From Omnitrophica bacterium GWA2_41_15 (GTDB taxonomy: Bacteria; Omnitrophota; Gorgyraeia; Gygaellales; Profunditerraquicolaceae), in contig CAKKQZ010000052.1 of assembly GCA_919902445.1 (NCBI GenBank), positions 1 through 54,113 on the forward strand: a DNA stretch of 54,113 nucleotides. Reading direction: 5' to 3'. Under the pieces are notes generated by a model. That model made no database searches. It had not been told where the DNA came from and worked only from the letters and a program-made list of their open reading frames with translations. The first letter of the stretch is position 1. The number at the start of each line of letters is the position of its first letter. This document shows, in pieces, positions 1 through 8,389 of this stretch. A program made the position numbers and the translations under genes.

Positions 1-52
1 TTACCAAAATATTTCGGCAATCGCCATAAATTTTATTAATGAAATTTATAAC

Positions 53-136
53 GGAGAGTGGAGGATTTGAACCTCCGATCGCTTGCGCGATAACGGTTTT
101 CGAAACCGCCGCATTCAACCGCTCTGCCAACTCTCC
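53..136 (-). tRNA. tRNA-Ser (anticodon CGA)
   Basis: Reverse complement folds as a cloverleaf: acceptor GGAGAGT/ACTCTCC, anticodon loop TTCGAAA, long variable arm ATCGCGCAAGCGAT, T-arm GGAGGTTCAAATCCTCC. CCA is not encoded. Confidence 0.85.
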
Positions 137-152
137 AGCATACTATCTCGAC

Positions 153-243
153 TGGCGGTGGGGCTGGGATTCGAACCCAGGGTGGGGAAAATCCCCACAA
201 CAGTTTTCAAGACTGCCGCTTTCAACCGCTCAGCCACCCCACC
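153..243 (-). tRNA. tRNA-Ser (anticodon TGA)
   Basis: Reverse complement: acceptor GGTGGGG/CCCCACC, anticodon loop CTTGAAA, long variable arm GTGGGGATTTTCCCCAC, T-arm CTGGGTTCGAATCCCAG, encoded CCA. Confidence 0.85.
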
Positions 244-249
244 AGTAAT

Positions 250-930
250 TTATCTTAAGAATAACTGCTTAAACACAGCAGAGAATATATCCTTAGCAAG
301 CGAATAAGTGCTATTTGAGAAATTTACGAAAGAGAATTCTTTAAAGATGAGGTTTAAACAAAAAGAAAACAAAGCAATATTTAAAACATAAATAAAAGAA
401 AATCCGAAAATGTAATTACCCTTTAGGAAGTCGCCCTTTTTGTAACGTATAGCCTTGGCAGAAAATACAAGATGCAATGCCAAAGTAAAACCGGCAAGAA
501 AAATAGAATATTTAATAAGCCAGGCGTCTTTAATTATCCCCGCTAATATTGCGTATAAAATAAATAAAACAATAGTATAAATCGGGAGCAAATAAGGCGC
601 TACCTTCACCAACGGCTTAAAGAAATTAAAGATTACCTCCAATAGTTTATGCCCCTTGTTATAAATTATTGCCGGCTCCCAGACAAATAGATAAATTACA
701 AGGAGTGAAATTACCCCTGACCAGAAATTACTCTGTAGCTCTTTATCGATAAGCCCGAATTCGTTCCAGAATGCGCTAGAGGAGGAATACACAAAAGGCA
801 ACAAACATACGCCCAAGATAAACTTAACGATGCCAAAGGCCTTGCCGGATAAACCAGGGGCTTTATCAGGAATACCCGATTGCCTAGGTTTAAAATCCCC
901 TTCTTTCTTAAGAAATTCGTTCTTTTCCAT
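250..930 (-). CDS. multi-pass membrane protein, unknown function
   Basis: 226-aa ORF with several long hydrophobic segments. No recognisable catalytic motif. Overlaps the serS 3' end by 23 nt. Confidence 0.5.
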   Translation of the reverse strand: MEKNEFLKKEGDFKPRQSGIPDKAPGLSGKAFGIVKFILGVCLLPFVYSSSSAFWNEFGLIDKELQSNFWSGVISLLVIYLFVWEPAIIYNKGHKLLEVIFNFFKPLVKVAPYLLPIYTIVLFILYAILAGIIKDAWLIKYSIFLAGFTLALHLVFSAKAIRYKKGDFLKGNYIFGFSFIYVLNIALFSFCLNLIFKEFSFVNFSNSTYSLAKDIFSAVFKQLFLR

Positions 931-2176
931 CGAGATACGGCCTTAAAACCTGCGGTATAACTACAGAGCCGTCTTTTTGTTGATAATTTTCCAATAACGC
1001 TATAACTGTGCGCGCCAAGGCAATACCTGAGCCGTTTAAAGTATGCACAAAGTCTAATTTCTTAGTGTTTTTTCTTCTGAATTTTATATTCGCCCTGCGC
1101 GCCTGAAAAGCTTCGAAATTAGAACAACTTGAAACTTCAAGCCATTTATCCACTCCTGCGGCATATGCCTCAAGGTCATAACACTTACTGGCTGCAAAAC
1201 TTAAATCCTGCGAAGCAAGCATATTCACGCGATAAGGCAGGCCCAGAAGCTGCAATACATCCTCGGCATCCGCAACTAATTTTTCCAATTCATTGTAAGA
1301 AGTTTCCGGCTTTACAAATTTAACCATCTCCACTTTATCAAACTGATGCACTCGCGTTAGCCCTTTTGTATCTTTGCCGTATGAACCTGCCTCCCTCCTG
1401 AAACAGGCAGTGTAAGCGGTATAATAAACCGGCAGGCTGTCTTCATCCAAAACTTCATCGCGATGCATGTTGGTGACGGGTACCTCTGCTGTCGGGATTA
1501 AGAATAAATCATCATCTTTAAGCCGGTACATATCTTCTTCCAATTTCGGAAGCTGGCCGGTGCCGGTCATAGATGCCCTGTTAACTAAAAAGGGGGGAAA
1601 TATTTCTGTGTAACCGTGTTTTTTGGTATGCAGATCCAGCATAAAATTAAAGAGCGCCCGCTCAAGTTTAGCGCCCCACCCTTTAAAGAGAATGAAATTT
1701 GAACCGGTGATTTTCGTGGCGCGGGGAAGATCTATTATATCCAGATGCTGACTTATTTCGATATGGGTAGCCGGCTTAAAATCAAACTTTGGCAATTCCC
1801 CCCAAGAGCGCACAATCTTATTACAACCAGCATCTCCTACAGGAATAGATGAATGCGGGATATTCGGAATAGTTAAAACTAACTTTTCTAATTCCGTATC
1901 AAATTCCTTTAATTTGATTTCGAGGGCGCCTATTTTCTCTGATATTGCTTTCATCGAAGAAATCTTGGGCTTGGGGTCTTTTTTTTCTTTAAGCAGGGCA
2001 CTTATCTCATCATTGGCTTTATTCCTCCGGGCCCGTAACTCTTCAAGTTCAACTAAAAGCCTACGCCTGGAATTATCGGTTTTAATCAAAGCGTTTAAAT
2101 CTAATTTCAAATTGCGTTTTTTAATTGTTTCTTTTACCAAATCAATATTTTCGCGGATGAATTTGGGGTCTAACAT
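908..2176 (-). CDS. serS: seryl-tRNA synthetase
   Basis: 422 aa. N-terminal coiled-coil arm and class II aaRS motifs ([25 protein letters not shown]). Confidence 0.95.
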   Translation of the reverse strand: MLDPKFIRENIDLVKETIKKRNLKLDLNALIKTDNSRRRLLVELEELRARRNKANDEISALLKEKKDPKPKISSMKAISEKIGALEIKLKEFDTELEKLVLTIPNIPHSSIPVGDAGCNKIVRSWGELPKFDFKPATHIEISQHLDIIDLPRATKITGSNFILFKGWGAKLERALFNFMLDLHTKKHGYTEIFPPFLVNRASMTGTGQLPKLEEDMYRLKDDDLFLIPTAEVPVTNMHRDEVLDEDSLPVYYTAYTACFRREAGSYGKDTKGLTRVHQFDKVEMVKFVKPETSYNELEKLVADAEDVLQLLGLPYRVNMLASQDLSFAASKCYDLEAYAAGVDKWLEVSSCSNFEAFQARRANIKFRRKNTKKLDFVHTLNGSGIALARTVIALLENYQQKDGSVVIPQVLRPYLDGKERIS

Positions 2177-2238
2177 ACGAGTTCCTTTTTGGGTTGTGCA
2201 CGCTAAGCGGGACAGTCCCTACTCCAGAGCTTATTTAG

Positions 2239-4929
2239 TTATCCTTTAATAACACCAACCGGGCGCATGCGGCAGACGCGTTTTGAAATACCCGCGTTGT
2301 GCACGACATCTACCACATCATTTACATCTTTATAAGCATCCGGGGCTTCTTCGACTATTGTGCCGCGCCCGGAAGCTTTTACCATTATACCCTTAGATTC
2401 CAGCTCTTTCAATAACACATTTAGGTTCGTTGACCTTGTTGAAGCAGCTCGGGATTTTACCCTTCCTGCCCCGTGACAATTCTTTACCAAAATAGGAGTA
2501 AATGTCTTTGTAAATACAAAATAATTATGATTATCTTCAACATCTATATTATATAATTCGCTAGTTCCTAAATCTCTTATTTTTCTTACTCTCTGCATTC
2601 TTAAAGGAGAATTAACTATTTTAGTGATTTGCTCTCTGTTATAACGCGAACTTGATTGCCAAACTAGAAATTTCAAAATTTTATCCTTCTCCATTAAATT
2701 ATTTCTATCGGCCTTTCGCTTAAAAGGCCATTTTATATTGCCCGAGTCCCAATTGTCAGTAAATAATTGACGGACAGAAAATAACTTGCTTCCATATTTT
2801 TGTTTATATGGTGCCCCCTTTACTCTTTTTGTGAATCTTAGGATTTCCTCAAGCTTTTCCGATATTTGAATTATATAACAACTATCCCTTTGGATTGACA
2901 CATATGGTAAAATTCCTAATTTTAAACATGAAAGAATAATCGCCCCTATAACATTTTCCTTACTATTAAATATACTTATTACTTTGTGCACAGGATTCCA
3001 AGTACCATCCCCATCTATAACACCCGCCAAGAAGTTAAAGGTACTTTCTATACTTAATCCTAAAATCCATGTCTGTAAATTCTCATATATATTCCTTATT
3101 TCTTCCACTGTATTCTTTCGGCCGGTTACAAAGTCACTGGCTGATCCTACTATCGTCCTCCCCCTTATATAACCAACACTAAATTTAGGTTTGCCTTCGC
3201 TTAAATCGTGCCCAAAGTATCCGAAAGAAGACTTCACATAATTTATAAAATCTAGTTTCTCTGCTGTTTCTTTCTGGGTAAATATAATCCTTTTTTGCTT
3301 TTTGTCGATATAACCATCGGTAACCAGTGCCCCTAGCAAAAAGGCTAAACTTGGATGATGCAAAATCCAAGGAATAGATACCTTATCCAAAACACAAATC
3401 ATCTTCTGGTTATCAATAATCTTCTCTATCTCTTCATACTCTAATCGCGCGTTATCAAAGAGTGAAAATTTATGATCCGAACTCGTATCTAAATTGCTAA
3501 ATCTAGATCTATTTGTCTGTGAAACCGATATTCTTATTGCCGAACCCATTCTTTTGCTCACGCCTAAAATAGGCTTCCATTCTACCAATAAATTTTCTTT
3601 ATTAAAAGATAACGCTTTGTAGGATAGTCCTAATTTATTGAGCTCATATATTTCTTTTAACGTGACAATCCCTTTATCAGTGAGAATTCTTGTATCTCCT
3701 GTAAAACACGTAGAATAAAAAGTCTCCACTGCCTTTTCTGTGCCGACCAGTAAATATGAATTCCTTCCCATATCCCCGGGAATTATTACCGGCTGGCCTA
3801 TTTTTTTATACCTTTGAGGCAACGCGGGATGGCCGGGAGGGAAAGCGCGGGTTGCGCCTTTCCTATGCACGCAAAGATTTTTTTCTTTTCCGTCAATAGT
3901 GTATTTTTCTATTTTTGCGATATTATGCGCGACATCGTAGATTAAATCCATACCCATCTTCTGCCAGGGCATATCAAAAACCCTTTCAAATGCCCTGCGG
4001 CAAAGGTGCATAAGGCACTGCCTGTTTGCCCAAGCGTAATTTGCAGCGCATCTCATCGCCCCTAAATACTGTTTTGCCTCAGGGGAGTTAACCGGAGCGC
4101 AAGCAAGCTGGCGGTCAGGGACATTGATGCTGTATTTGGAGAGGCAGTGGACCATATTCTTTAGGTAATCATCGCAAACCTGATAGCCGAAACCGCGCGA
4201 GCCGGAGTGAATCATCACGGTAACCTGGCCTAAAGAAAGCTCGAGCTCATCGCAGATATCGCGGTCAAAGAGCTGGTCAATTACCTGCACCTCCAAGAAA
4301 TGATTCCCTGAACCAAGTGTCCCTGATTGCGCCTTGCCTCTCTCATACGCCCTGTCAGAAACCGCTTCAGGGTCTGCGCCTGATATTGCGCCGTTTTCTT
4401 CCGTGCATTCCAGGTCATCCTGCGTGCCGTACCCTTTTTCAACCGCCCACCTGGAACCCTTCACCAATAGCTCTCTTTCCTCTTTAGAGCTTATCCTTAT
4501 GTCCCCTTTAGAGCCGACGCCTGCGGGCACATCGGAAAATAAAGCATAGACCAGATCCTTGATTTTATCCTTTATATCCTCAAACTGAAAGTTGGTTTTT
4601 ACCAGCCTTATTCCGCAATTTATGTCAAATCCGATTCCGCCAGGGGCAATTACTCCACCATCCTCTATATCCGTCGCTGCCACACCTCCTATACAAAAAC
4701 CGTATCCCCAATGGATATCCGGCATTGCTAAAGACGCATTTACAATGCCGGGTAGGAACGCTACATTAGCTACTTGCTCCAACGCCTTATCCTTATAAAT
4801 ATCTTTGAGCAGTTTCTCATCGGCATAGATAATCCCCGGCACGCGCATTCCCGGTTTATAGCTTATAGGTATGCGCCAACGGTAATTATCTATTTTATCT
4901 AATGAGCCTGGCCAGATATCAGACATCAA
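2239..4929 (-). CDS. rtcB: RNA 3'-phosphate/5'-OH ligase RtcB, interrupted by an intein
   Basis: 896 aa. RtcB motifs HWGYGFCIGGVAA, GSGNHFLEVQ and C-terminal CHGAGR. A 410-aa insertion lies between ...FYST and CHGAGR. Confidence 0.93.
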   Translation of the reverse strand: MMSDIWPGSLDKIDNYRWRIPISYKPGMRVPGIIYADEKLLKDIYKDKALEQVANVAFLPGIVNASLAMPDIHWGYGFCIGGVAATDIEDGGVIAPGGIGFDINCGIRLVKTNFQFEDIKDKIKDLVYALFSDVPAGVGSKGDIRISSKEERELLVKGSRWAVEKGYGTQDDLECTEENGAISGADPEAVSDRAYERGKAQSGTLGSGNHFLEVQVIDQLFDRDICDELELSLGQVTVMIHSGSRGFGYQVCDDYLKNMVHCLSKYSINVPDRQLACAPVNSPEAKQYLGAMRCAANYAWANRQCLMHLCRRAFERVFDMPWQKMGMDLIYDVAHNIAKIEKYTIDGKEKNLCVHRKGATRAFPPGHPALPQRYKKIGQPVIIPGDMGRNSYLLVGTEKAVETFYSTCFTGDTRILTDKGIVTLKEIYELNKLGLSYKALSFNKENLLVEWKPILGVSKRMGSAIRISVSQTNRSRFSNLDTSSDHKFSLFDNARLEYEEIEKIIDNQKMICVLDKVSIPWILHHPSLAFLLGALVTDGYIDKKQKRIIFTQKETAEKLDFINYVKSSFGYFGHDLSEGKPKFSVGYIRGRTIVGSASDFVTGRKNTVEEIRNIYENLQTWILGLSIESTFNFLAGVIDGDGTWNPVHKVISIFNSKENVIGAIILSCLKLGILPYVSIQRDSCYIIQISEKLEEILRFTKRVKGAPYKQKYGSKLFSVRQLFTDNWDSGNIKWPFKRKADRNNLMEKDKILKFLVWQSSSRYNREQITKIVNSPLRMQRVRKIRDLGTSELYNIDVEDNHNYFVFTKTFTPILVKNCHGAGRVKSRAASTRSTNLNVLLKELESKGIMVKASGRGTIVEEAPDAYKDVNDVVDVVHNAGISKRVCRMRPVGVIKG
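2479..3708 (-). mobile_element. intein with LAGLIDADG homing-endonuclease domain inside rtcB
   Basis: Residues 408-817. Starts CFTGDTRIL (Cys1, codon checked at 3706-3708) and ends HNYFVFTKTFTPILVKN followed by +1 Cys (2476-2478). Two LAGLIDADG-like motifs: LLGALVTDGYI and FLAGVIDGDGT. Confidence 0.85.
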
Positions 4930-5047
4930 GTTCTCCTTTTGCCCCTCGCCTACCCGCTTGAAAATTTCTTCAAAATTTTCTACGCAGGCTCGGGATTAGT
5001 TCGGCCAGAGACTTACGCACGCTTTAGCTCCGTAAGTCTCGGCCTCA

Positions 5048-5464
5048 CTAAACATCAAAAATCACCTCTGCCTGCCACCTGTAATCAATCTTTTCTATTT
5101 TTAATTCATGGTAGGTGGCGGCTTTGATTTCGGTGTTAACTTTAAAATTTATTATATCGCTACCCGCGGCCGCAGCCTCAAGCTCTTTTTCATTTAATTT
5201 ATTTATCTTAATATCTTCAAAGATAACTTCTTTTGCCGCGGATAAAGATAATAATTCATTCAGCCAATTAACAAAAAGCTCCTCTAAGTTTTGCGCATTT
5301 TGGCTGATTGAAAATTTGTGCTTCTTTTTATCTTTGGTTATTTGTCTTTCCGCTGAAATCTGAAATATGGCAAGGCCGGCATTCTTAAAAAGATCATCCA
5401 GGCCATTGCCTCTTACCCTTACTTTTAAGTCTGCGGTGTGCTCGAGGATTTCGAAAGTTTTCAC
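5048..5464 (-). CDS. archease (RtcB activator family)
   Basis: 138 aa. N-terminal ILEHTADLKVRV signature typical of archease. Sits immediately upstream of rtcB. Confidence 0.85.
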   Translation of the reverse strand: MKTFEILEHTADLKVRVRGNGLDDLFKNAGLAIFQISAERQITKDKKKHKFSISQNAQNLEELFVNWLNELLSLSAAKEVIFEDIKINKLNEKELEAAAAGSDIINFKVNTEIKAATYHELKIEKIDYRWQAEVIFDV

Positions 5465-5476
5465 TAAAGGATTATT

Positions 5477-5552
5477 TGGTGGGCCATGCAGGATTCGGAC
5501 CTGCCACCACCTGCTTAAGAGGCAGATGCTCTACCAAATGAGCTAATGGCCC
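5477..5552 (-). tRNA. tRNA-Lys (anticodon CTT)
   Basis: Reverse complement GGGCCATTAGCTCATTTGGTAGAGC..., anticodon loop CTCTTAA, T-arm GCAGGTCCGAATCCTGC, encoded CCA. Confidence 0.88.
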
Positions 5553-5612
5553 GTTATTTGTGTTATATTTTAACTTAAAATATGGAGCCCTGCAAGGGGG
5601 ATTTATCTATGA

Positions 5613-6074
5613 TTAAAAACCTAAAACCGTATCAACTTCGCCTATATCTTTCACAATGCCATTTATCAAAGTAATCCTAATTTTTACTCCTTCTCCTATA
5701 AATTTCGTCCATCCAAACTTACCAACATCCGAATATCTAAATACTTTTTTATTCTTTCTCCATCCTTTTAAAATGCGGTTGGGCTTAGCCATAGTTAAAA
5801 CTTGTTCTTCGCTCATATCTAACATAACCCTGCAATTTCTCATTTTCTCCGCTACCTCTTTGCTTGTCTGCGGGTGTAGTAGTAAATACTGGTCTATTTT
5901 TTTCTGATACTCTTCTTTTATTGTATTATCTTCTAAATTGTTTTTGCTCCAGTAAGCATACCAAGCTAAACTGGCTTCTCCTATATGAGGGTATTTAGTA
6001 GAAGTGGCCATGCAGCCAGACATAATAAATACCACGGCCAATACCCAGGCAAATATTAATTGTTTTTTATTCAT
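5613..6074 (-). CDS. putative lipoprotein, unknown function
   Basis: 153 aa. Signal peptide ending in the lipobox-like FIMSGC. Confidence 0.55.
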   Translation of the reverse strand: MNKKQLIFAWVLAVVFIMSGCMATSTKYPHIGEASLAWYAYWSKNNLEDNTIKEEYQKKIDQYLLLHPQTSKEVAEKMRNCRVMLDMSEEQVLTMAKPNRILKGWRKNKKVFRYSDVGKFGWTKFIGEGVKIRITLINGIVKDIGEVDTVLGF

Positions 6075-6199
6075 TTTAAGCAGCGAGAATAGGTTATCGT
6101 TAGCAAGGTAACGACAGCTAAAAATAGCTCATTATTTTAACATTATTAAGTTAAAACTCAAACTTTTTCTTATATAGCTTTTTCTTATATAGCTTCTGA

Positions 6200-6390
6200 T
6201 TGATGCCATCCAACGGGTGGATTGGCTGATGCTTTAAGCGGGGCCTGTGGAAGCCTCGAGCGGGCAAGGTTCACCCTCTATTAAGTTGTCAGTGAGAGCG
6301 AGGGGCTCAGAACGGAGTGCAGTTGCGGCACGCTCTTGCCGCAACAAACGTCCCCGCTAAAGCACAGCCAAGACAGGACCCACTGCCTTA
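6200..6390. ncRNA. candidate structured RNA of unknown class (strand undetermined)
   Basis: GC-rich island in an AT-rich 397-bp divergent spacer. Long-range pairing GGCTGATGCTTTAAGCGGGG (6224-6243) with CCCCGCTAAAGCACAGCC (6352-6369). Perfect 9-bp hairpin GTTGCGGCA-cgctct-TGCCGCAAC (6322-6345). Hairpin GCCATCCA-acggg-TGGATTGGC (6205-6226). Confidence 0.4.
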
Positions 6391-6471
6391 TAGAATTTAG
6401 ACAAGGTTGAGTGTGCTGTTTCCGATAGAATTAGCTTGTAATTAGAGAAAAAGTATAATAGAATTTCTTAC

Positions 6472-7032
6472 ATGAAACGGGTATTGTTTATAGTTTTCAT
6501 ATTGCTTTGCCTCTGTTTACCGGGCTGCTCTGTGCCAAGGGTAGCTACTTACAGCCACCTAAAAAGCATTACCAAGAAAGAGATAAAGCCCAAGGGGATG
6601 TTCGGCGGGAACAAATCAGTATCCATTTACGATTTCCGCGGAATTGAAAGGTACGATGAGGATATAGACGCCCTAAAGGTGAGGGTTGAAAAATATATTT
6701 CAAGCCATCCTGATTTAAGCGGCGCCGCCAAAAATAACCTCCGAGAATTAAAAGCCTCCGAAGGCGCAGCAAAAGAAGAGGTTGAATTGCTTCTGGGAAA
6801 GCCGGATAAAGTTATCAAGCCATCAGGCAAAACTCAAGACACATCTGAAATCTGGATTTACAGCAAGAGTAAATTAAACGCCTTTACGGTATTTATTTTT
6901 CCTGTCTTCCCTACCCACGAAAGATACTATCTGTATTTTCAAGGCAATACGCTCGCCAATATTGAAAAACATTATCTGGAACAGCTCCTGGAAAGCACCT
7001 CCCCCGCAGACCCCTCTGATAAGAAATTATAA
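6472..7032 (+). CDS. putative lipoprotein, unknown function
   Basis: 186 aa. Signal peptide with lipobox LPGC. The only convincing plus-strand gene. TATAAT at 6454-6459 lies only 12 nt before the ATG and there is no SD. Confidence 0.55.
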   Translation: MKRVLFIVFILLCLCLPGCSVPRVATYSHLKSITKKEIKPKGMFGGNKSVSIYDFRGIERYDEDIDALKVRVEKYISSHPDLSGAAKNNLRELKASEGAAKEEVELLLGKPDKVIKPSGKTQDTSEIWIYSKSKLNAFTVFIFPVFPTHERYYLYFQGNTLANIEKHYLEQLLESTSPADPSDKKL

Positions 7033-7106
7033 TGCGCCCAGCAGGAGTTGAACCTGCAACATCCAGTTCCGAAGACTGGCGCTCTATCCAGTTGAGCTAT
7101 GGGCGC
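7033..7106 (-). tRNA. tRNA-Arg (anticodon TCG)
   Basis: Reverse complement GCGCCCATAGCTCAACTGGATAGAGC..., anticodon loop CTTCGGA, T-arm GCAGGTTCAACTCCTGC. CCA is not encoded. Confidence 0.88.
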
Positions 7107-7108
7107 TT

Positions 7109-7828
7109 TTAAACTATTTCGCAGTTTTCCCCTAAAATTTCTTTGATTTTTTCCAACTTATCTTTATTAACGGGAAAAACGCCTTTTTCAGCGGTAGTGC
7201 GCACAGGAGAGTTGAGCTGGATTTTATCGGGGTTTATTTTTTCTGCTATTTCTTTTAATCTTTTAATCTCTTGCAAGCTGTCATTAACCCCCTTAACCAG
7301 CATAACCTCAAGCCAGATCTTCCCCTGGAATTCCTTCCTTAGGGCTATCAAACCCCTTATAATATCCTCTAAATTTATCCCTTCATGCGGACGGTTAATC
7401 TTTTTAAATATCTCTGGGCTTACCGCATCTAAGGAGGGAATGAGTAAATCAGCACCACATAGTGCCTGTCTGACTTTCGAATCCCCTAACAAGGTAGCAT
7501 TGGTAATTACAGCAACGGAAGAAATAGAGATCTTCCTTATTCCGCTTATAAGCTCTCCGATTTTTATGTTTAAGGTCGGCTCTCCTGAACCGGAGATAGT
7601 TATAAATTTAAGGCGCTTTGCCTCATCAGGATTCTCCTGAATCCAGCTCCTTAGCTCATTTAAGATATCTTCAATACTTACATATTCTTTTCTGGATGAA
7701 ACCAGCTCTTTGGTCTCACCTAACTGGCAATAAAGGCAGTTGAGGTTACAGGTCTTATGCGGCGTAAGGCTAAGCCCCAATGATAGGCCCAGCCGGCGCG
7801 ATTTTACCGGCCCGTATATATATTTCAC
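7109..7828 (-). CDS. radical SAM protein
   Basis: 239 aa with CNLNCLYCQ (CxxxCxxC) near the N-terminus. GTG start preceded by GGGAGGAAG. Confidence 0.75.
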   Translation of the reverse strand: MKYIYGPVKSRRLGLSLGLSLTPHKTCNLNCLYCQLGETKELVSSRKEYVSIEDILNELRSWIQENPDEAKRLKFITISGSGEPTLNIKIGELISGIRKISISSVAVITNATLLGDSKVRQALCGADLLIPSLDAVSPEIFKKINRPHEGINLEDIIRGLIALRKEFQGKIWLEVMLVKGVNDSLQEIKRLKEIAEKINPDKIQLNSPVRTTAEKGVFPVNKDKLEKIKEILGENCEIV

Positions 7829-7912
7829 CTAAGCCCTTCCTCCCTAAACTATACGGGCGCCACATAAAGTGACGCCCTTAATCTTTCACTCCGGCATTAA
7901 CTAAAGCGAAGA

Positions 7913-8188
7913 TTATTTTACTTCTACAACACAATTGTGTGTGCCAAAACTATTAACTACGCAGGAATTGCAGCGCGGGTCATTCAGCCAGGTTCCGTCA
8001 ACAAGAAACTTATATTCGTACCTCCCTGGTTTCAGGCTGACCTTTGTCTTCCAGTTGCCTTTTGAATCTCTCTTTGCAGAGAGGTCCTTTGTGTTCCAGT
8101 TATTAAAACTGCCGGTGAGTGTAACTTTTTTTGCCTGCGGAGCAAAAAACTTAAATTCCGTGACTTTTTTGCCAGATAAGTTTACCAT
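7913..8188 (-). CDS. CBM48/AMPK-beta-like glycogen-binding domain protein
   Basis: Motifs GSFNNWN and GRYEYKFLVDGTW. Start moved to MVNLSGKK (ATG 8188), which is preceded by AAGGAGGGGG. The longer ORF (to 8224) runs into a repeat hairpin. Confidence 0.7.
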   Translation of the reverse strand: MVNLSGKKVTEFKFFAPQAKKVTLTGSFNNWNTKDLSAKRDSKGNWKTKVSLKPGRYEYKFLVDGTWLNDPRCNSCVVNSFGTHNCVVEVK

Positions 8189-8198
8189 ATCCCCCTCC

Positions 8199-8347
8199 TT
8201 AATGAACGCATAATTTACGAACACGAAGTGTGAGTAAATTATATGCGCGAATTAATCCCGCATCTTGCTTTCCTAAGGTAACGGCGGGAGAAATTCAAGC
8301 AAAACTTACGCAACATTAGTAAACGTAAGTTATTTGTGCGAATTACG
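8199..8347 (-). repeat. intergenic hairpin cassette (modules A, C, D-like) forming the 5' UTR of the CBM48 gene
   Basis: A: 8199-8253, GCATAATTTAC...GTAAATTATATGC flanked by TTAAT. C: CCCGC...GCGGG, 8254-8297. Third hairpin AAACTTACG...CGTAAGTT, 8299-8344. Confidence 0.8.
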
Positions 8348-8352
8348 TCTTA

Positions 8353-8381
8353 TTTATACACAACAACTTTGACGCTGTCAA
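8353..8381 (-). promoter_or_regulatory. sigma70-like promoter TTGACA-N17-TATAAA (with TG)
   Basis: Minus strand: TTGACA (8381-8376), 17-nt spacer, TATAAA (8358-8353) preceded by GTG. Lies directly upstream of the hairpin cassette. Confidence 0.5.
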
Positions 8382-8389
8382 GAATAAAA

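Noticed and set aside
153-243. tRNA-Sec candidate (long variable arm, GGTGGGG acceptor).
   Set aside because: The anticodon loop reads CTTGAAA, so the anticodon is TGA (reads UCA, serine) and not TCA. The arm lengths fit an ordinary class II tRNA-Ser.
6200-6390. Assignment to a known RNA class. Partial resemblances on the minus strand: GCGGCAAGAGCGUGCCGC versus the RNase P GGUAAGAGC region; CUGAG...UGAACCU versus the TPP riboswitch; CAGCCAAGACAG versus SRP domain IV.
   Set aside because: The order and spacing of the motifs are wrong. Key signatures are missing (GGAAAGUCC for RNase P, GCGUAGGGA for TPP, the GGAA tetraloop helix for SRP). It is too short for RNase P. Left as unknown class.
8199-8253. 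Module A/D hairpins as rho-independent terminators.
   Set aside because: None is followed by a U-tract. In three loci they lie downstream of a promoter and directly upstream of an SD, so they sit in 5' UTRs and not at transcript ends.
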